Positions 40,420 to 55,310 of a stretch of DNA of 64,000 nucleotides are shown here, piece after piece. The stretch lies in assembly GCF_009914755.1 (NCBI RefSeq), contig NC_060935.1, one strand, 5' to 3'. The position numbers and the translations under genes are program-made. The notes under the pieces were generated by a model. That model did no database searches. It worked only from the letters and a program-made list of their open reading frames with translations, and was not told the DNA's origin. Within the stretch, counting starts at the first letter, position 1; every line of letters begins with the position of its first letter. Source of the DNA: the human T2T-CHM13v2.0 reference genome, Homo sapiens.

Positions 40420-41164
40420 CCTTTACTATATCCTCCTAGTGTTCAACCATATTTTCTCATTCCCACATCTCTTCCTAACTTATATATTTCCCCTGTGTAG
40501 CATTCCCTAATCTCTCTGGCCAAGTTGAACAACTCTTATCCCTCAGGCTTTTTTCCTCTAAATTCTGAATTCTCACTATTATTATTTTTAATTAAATTAC
40601 TCCATGAAAACTACACTAACAAGTTAATTCTCATATTTGTTGGTATACAGAGGATGGGTAACAATAGTGATCTTTCCATCACTGTTAAGAAAGCCACAGT
40701 CCAGATTACACATCCTAGGGCTATGATGGAGGTAGGAGCTGGAAAATGTTTCCAGCTCAGAGTAGGCGCTTGCCAACAACAGTAACAACAACAACAAAAA
40801 GACAGAGTAAATATAAATCTGCAAACAGAATCTTAATTGAAATATTTTATAGCATTACTATACCAGCAGATTCTTTTCAGACCAACACACATGCACGCAC
40901 ACATACATACACACCTACCCCTGGTGGAACATAATTACCAAACTGCTTGACCAAAGGAAACACACTCCCTAGAAATAAACAAAATTTCTAATGTGGATTT
41001 TGCTACTTCAGAACAAAGACCTCCTCATTCTGATATTTGGAAATCCTGCATCATGATAGCAGTCCTTTCACCTACTTGCCCTAAAGCAAGGACTAGCAGT
41101 TAACATTTTCTATTCCTAGGAAGGTGGTGTATCAGGAAATGGACCAACCTATATATGATATTTA

Positions 41165-41411
41165 TTATGGCAGATCATATCATTGTTCTTGACTATTCAT
41201 ATTTCTTAGGAGAAACATAAATCCCCTATTGTCATGAGATTTATTGGACTTCCACTGGGAGGAATATACATACACCCCATCCCATTGATATTGGACTTGA
41301 TCTGTGTGACTAACTTAGACAAATGGGATGTGAGTGGATGTGATTTAAGCATGACTAAGTGTAAGCTTTAGGAGCCAGTAAAGAGTTAAGAGCCAGTCAT
41401 CTTGCTCTGCC

Positions 41412-41442
<31 letters not shown>

Positions 41443-41635
41443 ATCTCCCAAATACAGGCTGCTTCTTCAGCCTGACTCTTGGAATAAAGACAACCCACGA
41501 AGCAGAGAAGAGCTGAGCTGTAGCTGGTCTGCAGCCACCAACATGTGACAAGAGTGAGAAATAAATTGTGTTTTGGTATGCCTATAAGATTTTTAAATTG
41601 ATACTGCTGCATAAGTTAGCAAAACTTAGAATAAA
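41165..41635 (+). mobile_element. Old MLT1 (G/H/I-like) LTR containing an A28 tract
   Basis: cccattgatattggacttg...aaatgggatgtgagtggatgtg...gagtgagaaataaat; A-run 41412-41439. Confidence 0.65.
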
Positions 41636-41938
41636 ACACATTTAAAATGTGTAATCGTTTTTAGATAATTTTTCTAAAATTCATTTTGTACCCGTTTCAT
41701 TTGAAGTATTACCAGATTCTTGAATCATTACTTTTCCTCCTGTTGCTCTATGAGTTTTACTCTACTTCTTGCTGTATTGGTCCTCTTCCTCCCCCATGGC
41801 TTTATCTTTAGAACCAAGAAAAATTTAGCCTCTGAGCATTTTATCAATCTTATCTATATCTATTAATCATATCAGTTGTCTTATATTTCTCCTATTACAG
41901 GGCTGTAGGGTTCTATTGGAGCAAGACACAAAACTTTA

Positions 41939-42100
41939 GGGTGGGAGGATGGGAGAGGGGTGAAGGACGAGAAAGTACATAATGAGTACACTGCACATTA
42001 TTCAGGTGATGGTTACAAGAAAAGCCAAGACTTCACCACTGTGCAATACATCCATGTCACAAACCTGTACTTGTAACCTTTACATTTATATAAACAAAAA
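41939..42100 (+). mobile_element. L1PB/L1MA 3' tip
   Basis: ggtgatggttaca...gacttcaccact...catccatgtcacaaacctgtacttg; aaaacttta flanks both sides. Confidence 0.8.
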
Positions 42101-42112
42101 AACTTTAACAAT

Positions 42113-42124
42113 TATATATATGTG

Positions 42125-42166
<42 letters not shown>

Positions 42167-42192
42167 CATATATACACACACATACATATATA
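42113..42192. repeat. Compound (TA)/(TG)/(CA) microsatellite at the Alu tail
   Basis: Direct reading. Confidence 0.93.
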
Positions 42193-42487
42193 TTTTTTTC
42201 TTTTTAGATGGAGTCTGGCTCTGTTGCCCAGGCTGAAGTGCAGTGGTGAGATCTCGGCTCACTGTAACCTGCGCCTCCTGAGTTCAAGCGATTCTCCTGC
42301 CTCAGCCTCCTGAGTAGCTGGGATTACAGGTGCATACCACCATGCCCAGCTAATTTTTTTATTTTTTAGTAGAGACGGAGTTTCACCATGTTGGCCAGGC
42401 ATGATGGCTCATGCCTGTAATCCTAGCACTTAGGGAAGCCGAGGTGGGCAGATCTCCTGGGGTCAGGAGTTCAAGACCAGCCTGGCC
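42193..42487 (-). mobile_element. AluS with its 5' ~80 nt inverted in place
   Basis: 42193-42400 is antisense Alu; 42401-42479 is the sense left-arm start; together they make one complete Alu. Confidence 0.93.
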
Positions 42488-43001
42488 AAAAATTATAAAT
42501 TCTTTGTGTTTAGATAAACAATAGTGCTAGATGTTTTTTACATTATCTTACTATGTTTTTATTCTAAAAAACATAGTTCTTTCCAAAATTTACTGTCAAC
42601 AAGTAACTCTGGGACAAACTTCAAATTATTTAATGGATGTTTTCCCACACATCTGCTTTTCCATGTAGATAATTCAGTTCATTACTTTTTTAGCTAAGCT
42701 TCAAATTTTCTATTCATCTCAGAAAAAGTTAATTATTCTACAATTAAATTTCATCCTAGTATTTTATTTTATCTTACTAAATCCTTTATTTTATCTTACA
42801 TAAAATAAAATAAACCTTAGATTTGAGGTTTCAAGAGGTTCATTAATACATCAGTTTATAAAAACTATTGTTATTGTCCTTTGGGGGGTTCCCTTCCTTG
42901 TTGTGTTCTATTTCATCTTTTTTCTTTATATGCTATTCCTTACCCTCCCCACAGCGTTTATTATAATGTGTTTAATATGTGTCTTTTAAAAGTTAAAATC
43001 A

Positions 43002-44675
<1,674 letters not shown>

Positions 44676-45425
44676 AAAAGTTAAAATCATTATTTTTTAT
44701 TTACATATGTTTTTGATTTACATATAATGTGTTAGGTATCTTATGTTTTAAAGATATATTCATGTTGGCTGATACATCTGATTTACTGTTCATAACTATT
44801 ACAATGTATTCCATGCCATGTATCCATCTCATTTTACTAGTCTATTTTCTTTATGAATATGCATAAGGTACCACAGTGTCCTACTATCAAAAATAAAAGC
44901 AAGAAGCACTAGCTACTTCATTAGCTTTTAAATCTGTGTGAAAGGAGGTGATATATATTCAGCAATGAAAATTTCTGTCATTAGGTGTACTAAGTTCTGC
45001 TCAATTAATCTACGGAATTTTTGTATGAATATATGCTCTTCAATCTACCTATACGCTTGCTAGCACTTAAAATTATATGACTTTCTATTTTGGACTGCTA
45101 TGTAAGTATAAAATGATGTAAAGTGTTGTTTTATTATATTTTTCTCTTAACTAATTAGGTCAGACATTGTTGATTCCTATTTTAAATTCCTTTTATGATT
45201 TCTTGCTTAATCTAAAAGTTATTTAGTCATAGGTTTTTATCATTTCCAGATATACAGTTGTTGTTTTTAATTATTTCCCTCCCTCCAGTTTACATTTTGT
45301 TTCTCTACTTTGGGAGAAATGGAAGTTTAATACTTCTACTCTTCTCCATATCTTTTAATGTTTTGTACATTTTCTATCTCTTTATCTCTGTCTTATCCCT
45401 TTTATTATTATTTGCTTAAAAGTAG

Positions 45426-45817
45426 TGTTATGGGCTGAATGTTTTCCCCTCAGAATTCATATGTTGAAGTCTTAGCCTTCAGCGTGTGTGTATTTGGAGA
45501 TAGGGCATCTAAGGAAGTAATTAAGATTAAATAAGGTGATAAGGGTGGGACCCTGATCCATAGGATTAGAAAAGATCAGAGGGCTTGAACTCTTTTTTTG
45601 TGCATGTATAAATACGCCATGTGAGCATAGGGAGCATAAGGCAAGACCACAGTGTCTACAACCCAAGTCAAGAGGCCGCATCAGACACTGACTCTGCTGG
45701 CACCTTGAACTTGGACTTCTATCCTCCAAAACTGTGAAAAAAAAATACATTTATCTTGTTTAATTAAGCCACCTAGTCTGTGATATTTTGTTACGTCAGC
45801 ACAAACAGATTAATACA
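45426..45817 (+). mobile_element. MLT1A/B solo LTR
   Basis: tgttatgggctgaatg...taataca; TSD agtag/agtaa. Confidence 0.9.
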
Positions 45818-48345
45818 AGTAAATAATTGTTTATAATCAAGATCTTATTTCGACTGGAAATATTTATGTGAACAAATGGTATAAAATGAAGACTATTTTA
45901 TCATCTAAGGTACATTCGTTAGGGTGCAAACTTGGCAGCAAGAGGCAGGTGTACATGGTAGATATAAATGATTAACACAATGAATGTGTATCCTTATTTG
46001 TTTCAGCAAAAATTGCTACAAACCAAAATGCTTCCTCCCTGACCCTGTCTATCCAAATGTCATCTATAACAAAATATTTTATTTGTAATACTCTTTTTCA
46101 AAAAGATTTTTCTAAATCCTCCACAACTTGGTATGTATAATACTTCTCTAATTGGTTGATGTATTATCTTGATTGCAATATTCATAAATCCTTAGATTCA
46201 TGTCAAATATGTATTTACTTTTCTCAGTAACTGGATCAATTCTTGATATAAAATAGGTATTTGATGTACAATACTATATAACTGTCTGACTACCATTAAT
46301 CCATACCATAGGCATATCAATATATAAATTGCAATTTACCAGCATATAATAATTTAATTGGAAGTTATATACTTTTATTCTGAGGTGCATAAAGTCAATA
46401 TTCAGTTTTTTATGTGATTATTTTTATAATAAATATTCTTGACTTAACTAGACTTAATGATCTGGGTCTAGGGCTTTTATTGCAATGATTTCAAAGCAAA
46501 ATTTTTTGTTCCTGACTTAAAATGGAGATTAGATAGTGTGTTCATTATTATGGGTAAGTGTTATTACTTTTAAACAAAACCTTAGCAGAAACACCAATCT
46601 TCTTGAGATTACATAAACCGAGGCAAAGAAATGATCCCAGAAAATTCTTAGGGCCAAATTATTAGGAAGGATTACATATTTTTTTAAATAGATTGGCAAA
46701 AGAGCATCAAAGTATCCATTACACTGAACTTGCATGCAAAAACATACATGTAAGTACCTACATGCGTTTTGCTGAAGAGGAGTTTCATGGCTCTGTAAGA
46801 CTGTTCCAAATGGTTTCTCACTTGATTAAAAGTGAAGAACTCCTATTTCAGGTTTTTCACAGAATTGTTTAGTATCATAGTTTGAGAAGCTAATAAAGAA
46901 CACAATCTTGAAACTAAGTGTGAAAGAACATTTGATCAAAATGAGGCCCAAATATTAAGTTTATAATTTAAGCTGCACTCAAACTTGGTGTTGTTAGACC
47001 ACCTCTGGTGAAGTGAAAGCTTAAACAAATAATCTTCCTTCAACTTCACTATAATCCATTAATAAAACTCCTCTAAAAGCTCTATAAAAGCTAGCAACAT
47101 TATATACATAGAGGAATCCAGCTGGCATCTAACGATGGGCAACAGCTGTCATAAAAGGTTATCACAAATAGATAAAGAAAGATACATCAGTAATCACAAC
47201 CAAAGAAGAAGGAATCTATGCACATGGTAGAAATAAATCCTGTCTTTCTATTCTATAATTGCTGATAGCTAACTTAATTATTCTGGAGAATTCAGAAAGA
47301 AAATTTTAAGTATAGGTCTGCTCATTTATAGGAATTACATTTACTCAATTTACAGGAATTAGGAAACCTGTTTAAACATTTCAGAAGTGAGCAAATATTT
47401 TTATTTTTATTTGTTAAAATCCAAAATCACCAATAGTTGAATCTCTGTCACTGAGATAGCCATAACTTGTTAGCCAATATTTCCATGCACCGAAGACTCC
47501 ATAAAATAAGGAGAGTGTCTATACAAATACAGTGTTTCTCTCTAAAAATAAATTTTTCTAGCTCCATTATTAATTCTGATTCATTCTTTGCATATGCTTT
47601 GAACAAATTTCTGCGTGAGCAGATGTCTAAATGCAAAGAAGAAGCAGCTCCATATATTAAAAAGTTCAGCCTATAATCAAATTTAGTTTTCAAACTCAAA
47701 ACTCAAGCTCCCCCTATGTGTATTGCATCAAAGGAAACTGAGCACGGATAAGTGGTTACTCTTTCATTTTTCTGGCCTTCATTGATTAATCATGGTGACT
47801 CTCTGTGGTGATTCAGGGGTTGTGTGAAATGCAATTCCAAAGAAGAGACATAAAGATCTGTCAGCTGGAAACACAGTGCATACTCAAGGCAAAAGAAAAA
47901 AAAAGGAAGAAAGAAAAAGGAAAAAAAAAAGCAAAGGATTAAACGTACCTTGACTTCAAATATCACTTGAGATTTGCTCCTCAGGGAGAAGCAAAATTTC
48001 TTGACATAAAATTTCAAGTGTAAAATGGATACTCTCCTGAAGTTTTTAAACATCTCCAATCAAATACTAATTTTATAGTAGCCTCACTACAAATCCCCTT
48101 CCCAAGGGATGTAGGCAGCTTGTCAGAAATCTGAGGAATTGCACTAGTGACTCGATGAAAAACACGGCAATCTTGTATGTTTTCCTTACTTTTCCATTTA
48201 GCATATCACATATCCTGAGGTGTTTGTTTTAAACATACTCACCCACATGGATGCACCTAACACAGAAAGATACAACAGCAAGTTACTCATCCAAATTTCG
48301 ACAGCTAATCAACAGGTTTATTCAAGACAAAGAGGAAAAGCGCAG

Positions 48346-48748
48346 TGTTATGAGTTGAACTGTGTTCCCCAATATTCATATGTTGAAGTTGTAACCCCTC
48401 ATGCTGCAGAATCTAACCATATTTAGGGGTGAGATCTTTAAAGATGTGATTAAGTTAGAAATAAGGCTGTTAGGGTGAGCTCAAATCCAATCTGACTGGT
48501 GTCCTTATAAGAAAAGGAAATCTGAACACTCTGAGAGACACCAGGGATAGGCACACACACAGGAAAAACCAGGTGAAGACATACTGAGAAGTCAGTTACC
48601 TGCAAACCAGGGAGAGAGGCTTCGGGAGAAACCAGACCTGCCAACACCTTGAGCTTGTAGCCTCCAGAGATGTGAGAAAATTAATCTCTGTTGTTTAAGC
48701 CACACAGTCCATGGCATTTTGTTATGGCAGCCCGAGCAAACTAATACA
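48346..48748 (+). mobile_element. MLT1B solo LTR
   Basis: tgttatgagttgaactgtg...gcagcccgagcaaactaataca; TSD cgcag/ggcag. Confidence 0.9.
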
Positions 48749-49159
48749 GGCAGAAATAAAAGTTAATAAAAAACCGAGCTTTTGTATCCAACATTCAAAT
48801 TATTCTCTAAGGTACTATGCTGTGCCTAGGTGATATGTAATTACCCGTGAATGTGACACTATTGTGTTGTTCAGTAAAACTTAGTATATTGTTATAAATT
48901 TAGGGTGCTAATTAGTTTATCTGCTTATTCAATCACAGTAATTGTACATAAACTCTGCACATTTTTTTCTAAGCCATGTTACCTGCTCTGAAGGAGCTTA
49001 CAGGGTAATTCTGTGAATAAAACATAACTATTTAATTATTATATTTATTTAAGCTGACAGTATATGAGCAATATAACATGGGTAAGGTAAAAAGGCTATG
49101 TGACACCAAGGTAATACACACACACCTCATCGATTTAATAATCAATACTATGTTTAATT

Positions 49160-49385
49160 GGTTATACCATGACACATGATGAGTTGAACTATTTATATTC
49201 ATGCTCAGTAATCACAAAAATTCTGGGAGCTAGGCATTAATGTCCCCTATTCTCCAATAATTTAAACTGAAGCTCAGAAATTAAGGAAATTGCTCAAGTC
49301 CATATAACTAGTAAGTGGCAAACAGGACGTGAATTTAGGTTAATCTGTCAACAAAGCCTGTGTGTTTAAATGACATGCTATGTAA
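49160..49385 (-). mobile_element. MIR SINE
   Basis: aaactgaagctcagaaattaagg...ctagtaagtggca. Confidence 0.7.
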
Positions 49386-49409
49386 AGATCTGGTCTCCTA
49401 ATGTTTTAA

Positions 49410-49412
49410 ATA

Positions 49413-49446
<34 letters not shown>

Positions 49447-49560
49447 TATATATATATATATATATATATATATAATGTATATATACTATATATATATATT
49501 ATATATATATAATCCTATGGCTATTTAATTATATATATATAATTTATATACATATATAAT
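49410..49560. repeat. (TA)n-rich low-complexity tract
   Basis: Direct reading. Confidence 0.97.
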
Positions 49561-50569
49561 TTTTCCAGACATTTTTCAGTACTATAATGTGAAAAATGAA
49601 AGACATGTATTAACTTTCTTAGTTTGCCACTGTATGTCATATATGTTAATTCCTATATAACTTATTACCATTAAATGATGCTAAGAGCTGAAAAAGATGT
49701 TCAAGGAATTCTCATTCAAGTCTCTTATTTTCAGTCGAAGAACTGTTATTTAGGAAAGTTGTAGGACTCATTGAGTTTTAAGAAGCCAGAGAGTATAGGA
49801 CAGTACACTCCAAGTTTAACCAGTCCATGAAATGTTGCTGGTTTATGATGATATAAGTAGCTTGCCACAGTATATTTAAAAAATAATACTATTAATAGTT
49901 GACTGATTCCTTCATTGAGAAAGTTTTGCCATGGAAATTGTCACCAGGACTATAATGATCCTCTCAGAGGCTTTGTTCATTTACATTTAAAGCAAGATTC
50001 TCATTCCATTGTGGAAAATTAAGTCTCAAATCAGAAGCCCTTTACAGATCTCACTTGGAGTATCAATGGAAGACAGGACTGGTATCTTTAGTGCCTGGCC
50101 TAGATTTTCTTTTTTATGCCATACTAGAAAAAGAGACAGAAAGCCTTGAGTTCAGATTATAGCTCCTTGTCTTATTAGCTATGTAAGCCACGTAAGTTAA
50201 TTTAATGGTTTAAATAAAACATTTTCCATCTCTGCAGTGAAATAAATAATACCTCCTTTAATATACAAGCTATCAGGTAAATTAGAGATCACTGATATAA
50301 ATGGGACACATAACAGGTACCCAGGTACCCAATAAATAGTAACTAATATTAATATGTAAAACCTACAGAGGAAAGTTTGTTTAAAGCACCCATATCTCTA
50401 AAATAATTTATAATGAAGAGAATTTACTAAGCAACACAAATTTTGTCTAGAAATTATAATGGAATTTCCTAAAATACTTAGTCTTCTAAGAGCAGCACCA
50501 GCAGCAGGGCAATGTCAGAAACAATACCAATATGGATAGCTGTTAAAGCTACCAGAACAAAATGCATCC

Positions 50570-52340
50570 CACTTTTGTAACTCATAAAAGAAGCAACAGT
50601 AATGATGGGAATTCTATTCTCAGCCACCACGGAATAAGTTGGACTGGACTTATACTGTAAAAAATTTAAAACAAAGAAATTACAATATATTTTTAAAAAG
50701 TTGTTTTCAGACAGTAGATGGCATGTAGTACAAAACTGTGTTTCCTGAGAGTAGGAAAGAAAACAAGATGAGCCTTAAATTTGACACAGATTTTTGCCCG
50801 GAAGCAATATCTGGACAGTGATGCAGTGAGAGCCATCCTAACCAGAAAATGGCAGTCTCACTGAGTTGATGAGACAGAATAAGAGTTCAGAGAAAATGAG
50901 GTAGCTGGAATTTGCAGAATAGATTTCTAGAAAAGAGGGAGCCATAGGGGAAAACAGCCCCCCTGAGAGGCCCCTTAAGCCTTGGCTGTGAAACTCCATG
51001 AGGCTGGGCAAAAAACAACCAAGTACAATAAAACCTTAACAATTCCGGAAACTCACATAGAGCTTGAAAGCATTTGAATTTCACCCTGGTAAAATGGCCA
51101 GTCATTATTGAATACTAAGGGCATTCAGGAGAGACCCTAAAGAGGCATTCAAACCAGAGCGACTCCATCTTGAGTGAGGACTAGGAAAATGAAGCTGGGA
51201 CCTGCTGGGCTGCATTCCCAGAGTTAGATATTCCCAGCTTCTCGATGTTTATGTTTAAGGTAACAGATTGATAATGTTTACTAAACAGACCCGGACTTGG
51301 GAGTGTCTTGATATACTGATAACCTGAGAACAAAGACATTCCTAATTTTGCCTTAAAGATAATAATATCGAGTCTTACAAAATATAGCAATTAAGAAAAT
51401 TAATCATTTATCACAAACCCTTATAGAGGAGTACATCTGTGCATGCTCTTTTTTTTTTTTTATCCTATATATATTTATGAGCATTATACCTAGGGTGGAC
51501 GCATTCCTCCTCTCATTTACAGGAACGCCCTACTCTATCTATGGAGTAGCTGTTCTTTCCCCACTTTACTTTCTTAATAAACTTGCTTTTGCTTTGCACT
51601 GCGGACTCGCCCTGAATTCTTTCTTGTGCGAGATCCAAGAACCCTCTTTTGGGATCTGGATCGGGACCCCTTTCCTGTAACAGAAATGTCATGCCTTTAC
51701 TACATGCTGTAGCTAAATTATATCCAAAGTAAAGACTTCACTAGAATTTCTTTTAACTTAAAAACAAGCTTGAAAATATTGAGCCAGTATGCAAATGTTT
51801 TAACTACCTGATGGAAAAATGCCCCACGTTCTTTAAAACAATACAATTAAATGGAACATCCAACAGTATAATATATATTGCCATGTTCAGCAGTCAGTGA
51901 AAATAACCATTTCAAGAAGCAAGCAAATGTGACTCATACCCAGAAGAAAAAGTAGGAAACAAATACAGATCTAGAAAACTTAGAGGTGATAGAATAGGCA
52001 GATTTGCATTTTAAAACAGCTAAACATTATGTTCAGCTGTTTAGAAAACAACATAAAGGTAAGAGAAATAAAGGGAAATTCTAGAATAAAAATATGGTAT
52101 TTTATTAATTGTAATGAGTAAAATTTGATAAATGAATTTAATAAATTCAATAAATTTTATTAATAAATTTATTAAATTTATTTAATAAAAATAATAATTT
52201 TAATTTAATAAAAATCTCACTGGATGAAATTGACCTCTAATTAGAGATTGTACAAGAACACATTAGTGAACTTGAAAACATAAAAATAGAAACTGTAAAA
52301 CTGAAACACAAAGAGAAAAAATAAAGACTGAAACCAACTT
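50570..52340 (+). mobile_element. Ancient L1M 5'/ORF1 relic, interrupted by MER41
   Basis: ORF1-like motifs near 51900-52330 (aatgtgactcata...cattagtgaacttgaa...aatagaaact). Confidence 0.5.
51141..51682 (+). mobile_element. MER41 (MER41C/D-like) ERV1 solo LTR
   Basis: agaggcattcaaaccagagcgactccatcttg...gggctgcattccca...cttaataaacttgc...gggacccctttcctgtaaca. Confidence 0.88.
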
Positions 52341-52459
52341 TTCAAATTCAAAAAATGCTGGGAAAGGATGTTAGTTTGGCTTGACCTATAAGCCTATTCC
52401 TGGAACACTCACAGTGTCTATGGAGATGGGATACTTAATTAGCCTATGATGAGTTTCCT

Positions 52460-53670
52460 AGTCTATTAATCAGGCTAAGCTAGGCTATGTTGAGGTAACA
52501 AATAGCTCCAAACTGTTAGTGGTCTAAAATAATAATGATTCATTTCTTACTCATACCAGAGTAAGACATTGAGGCTGCAGCTCTTCTCTGTGTCGTCTTT
52601 AATCTAAGATCCACACTTACTGAATAGACTCAATTTGGACTAATACCAGTATGATAGATAGAGAAAATAAGTATAGCACACCATACGTTGGCTCACTACG
52701 TGGGATACACATTACTTCTGCTCACATGGAATTGGCCAAATAAGCCCCATTGATACAGAGGAGGGGAAGGGAAGGGCTGCGAAAGGAAGGGCATGGTCCC
52801 TTTAAATGACACAGAAGTGGGGAAGGGCGTGGTCCCTGGCTAGGGCTCCCTTCTGTGCCTCTGCCCACGGACCTAGGTGAGGACAGGCATTTTTATTTTC
52901 CTGCCCAAATGTTGCATTTCCCAGGACAATCCTGGCCTGCCACGCCCCTATCCCGTGCCTGTGAAAACCCGAGACCCTAACGGGCACACACACAAATGGC
53001 TGGACGTCGAGAGAAACACACTGGTGGAAGAAGACACAAGCAGCTGGACGTTGCGGGGAGCACGCCAGCAGAAGAGCACATGACAGACACCAGCACGCTG
53101 GCAGGCCGTTGACTGGTGGAACGACATGGAGTTTGGCTGAGGCAGTCAGAGATGAGTCAGCAGCCAAGCAGCCAGACTCCAGGGGAAAACCATCTCCCTT
53201 CTGGCTCCCCCATCTGCTGAGAGCTTCTTCCTCTCAATGAAGCCTAGCAGTCATTCTCCAAGCCCACGCGTGATCTGATTCTTCCGGTACACCAAGGCAA
53301 GAACCCCGGCATACAGAAAGCCCTCTGTCCTTGCAATAAGGCAGGGGTTGAGCTAACACAAGCCACTTACGGATGGCTAAATTAAAAGAGCACCCTGTAA
53401 CACACACCCACTGGGGCTTCAGCTGTAAACATCCACCCCTAGACACTGTCACGGGGTTGGAGCCTCACAGCCTCCCTGTCTGTATGCTCCCCTAGAGGTG
53501 TGAGCAGCGGGGCGCTGAAGAAGTGAGCCACACCTCATCGCACAGCCCTGCGAGGAGGACAAGGGAACTTTTCCCGTTTCACCATGACCGTGCTTGATAT
53601 TATTGAGAAAGAGAAATGTAATCCTTCTACAGGGAAAAGTAGAAAATAGTTTTAAACAGTAATACAGTCT
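52460..53670 (-). mobile_element. Old MLT1-type LTR split by the LTR1-type insertion
   Basis: gctaggctatgttgaggtaacaaat...ttctgctcacatggaattggcca [insert] catgacc...aaatgtaatcct. Confidence 0.55.
52751..53581 (+). mobile_element. ERV1 solo LTR, LTR1B-like
   Basis: TG...CA termini (tgatacag...cccgtttca); perfect 4-bp TSD ccat at 52747-52750 and 53582-53585; cacggacctaggtgaggacaggc motif. Confidence 0.85.
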
Positions 53671-54604
53671 ACTAGTGTACCTTTTCAATCATTGATATTC
53701 GCCCTTATTTTTCTCCCTCATTCAGAACATGTCTATCACTATTTTGGCTGACAGAGTAGCTTCGATATAGAACATTTCTCATCTCGTAGAAGAAGAATGA
53801 GTACCACATATTGATTCTACAAAGCTCTTCCAGGAAATTTCACTCAGATTTTATTGGCCAGAGCAGGTTACAAGAGCATGCCTAACAACAGGTGAATAGA
53901 GAAAATTAATCTTCATCCTGGGAGGGATATGAATATTTTTTATCAAAGCTATAGTTTATCGCATTTGGCCTCTCATTTGAGAAGGGAGTAGACATGATGT
54001 GTGGCAGCTCCAACAAGACTGCCGTTTGGATAAATATTTGTCTTAGTGATAATATGTTTAAATGAATTCTATGGTAAATTGAATTTGGGAACTGCTGAAG
54101 ACAGGATCTTTTTGTTGGTAATTTACAATGTACATTAGCATATTAAACAGTGTGAGCAGAGCTGCAATAATAATTTTATTATTATTGGACTTACATAATC
54201 TTATTATTATTGGGCTTATATAATCAATTTAACCCCAAATACCCCAAATTGTTGACTTTGAGACCTATTTTCATGCTGAGAAATACTGTGATAGTGATAT
54301 TAGTTCCAGGAAGTTTTGTGCCAAAATTGACTCATAACATTTACCAGAAATCTCTCTTGAAAAGTCTGCAAATCTTTAAATTTGGAAGTAAAATAGCTCT
54401 CACCAAGTTTCTTCCCTTATTCTATTCCCAAGATTTGTCATGCATTTCCTTTGCCACAGTCTAACGCCCCTTCAAATTTATCCAAAATTTCATTTTTCAG
54501 AAAACATTCTCTTCTTTTTCTGTTTAAAAAAAACCCATTTTATATTATTTTGTGAGAGTTACTACATTTGGCCCTAGAAGAGAATAAAAAGTCACATTGT
54601 TATT

Positions 54605-55310
54605 TTTTTCTATCTTTTCAAAATTATAATAAACTATCCAAAACATAAAATTTGCTATTTTGACACTTTTTAAATATACAATTTAGATGCACTAATTACA
54701 TTCACAATGTCATGCAATCATCACCACTATCAATTTCCAAAAGCTTTTATCGCCCCAAACAAAAATTTAATAACTCATTAAGCAATAACTTCCGGTTTTT
54801 GTCTTCTCTTAGCCCCTTGTTTAATCTCCTTTCTGCCTCTATGAATTTGCTTATTCTACATATTTTATATAGATGGAATTATACAATATTTGTTCTTTTG
54901 TGTCTGACCTATTTCACTTAGCATAATTTTTAAAGATTCATCCAGGTTATAGCATGTATCAGAGCTTCATTCCTCTTTATAGATGAATAATATTCCATTG
55001 TATGTATATATCACATTTTCTTTATCCATTAATTTTTTTGATGGACTTTTAAGATTTTTTCAGCTTTTGGCTATTGTAAATAATACCTCAGTAAATATTA
55101 GCATACAAATATCTGTTTGAGTCCCTGTTTTTGATTTTTTTATATGTATCTAGGAGCATATGGCTGGGTCATATGGTAATTCTGTGTTTAGCTTTTTGAG
55201 GAACTGTCAAACTGTTTCCCATAGTGGTTCGATTATTTGCCACTCCCTCCAGCTACGTACAAGGGTTCCAATTTTTTCACATTCTTAGGTTGCTTATTTT
55301 TCCATAGCTA
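54605..55310 (-). mobile_element. L1MB-type 3' end
   Basis: acataaaatttgc...atatagatggaattatac...tttcacttagcata...tttttgaggaactgtcaaactgttt. Confidence 0.85.

Noticed and set aside
47949-48036. Minus-strand exon ending in AAG|GTACGT
   Set aside because: Good donor but poor acceptor tract; no other support.
45426-48748. Two same-strand MLT1 LTRs as one provirus
   Set aside because: Each has its own different TSD and the spacer is not recognisable MLT internal sequence.
50314-50329. 8-bp tandem caggtacc x2
   Set aside because: Ordinary slippage duplication in decayed repeat-like sequence.
52100-52215. AT-only quasi-palindromic stretch
   Set aside because: Low complexity inside an L1 relic; symmetry expected by chance.
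52802-53688. ORFs of 68-121 aa
   Set aside because: Lie in a GC-rich solo LTR; no coding features.
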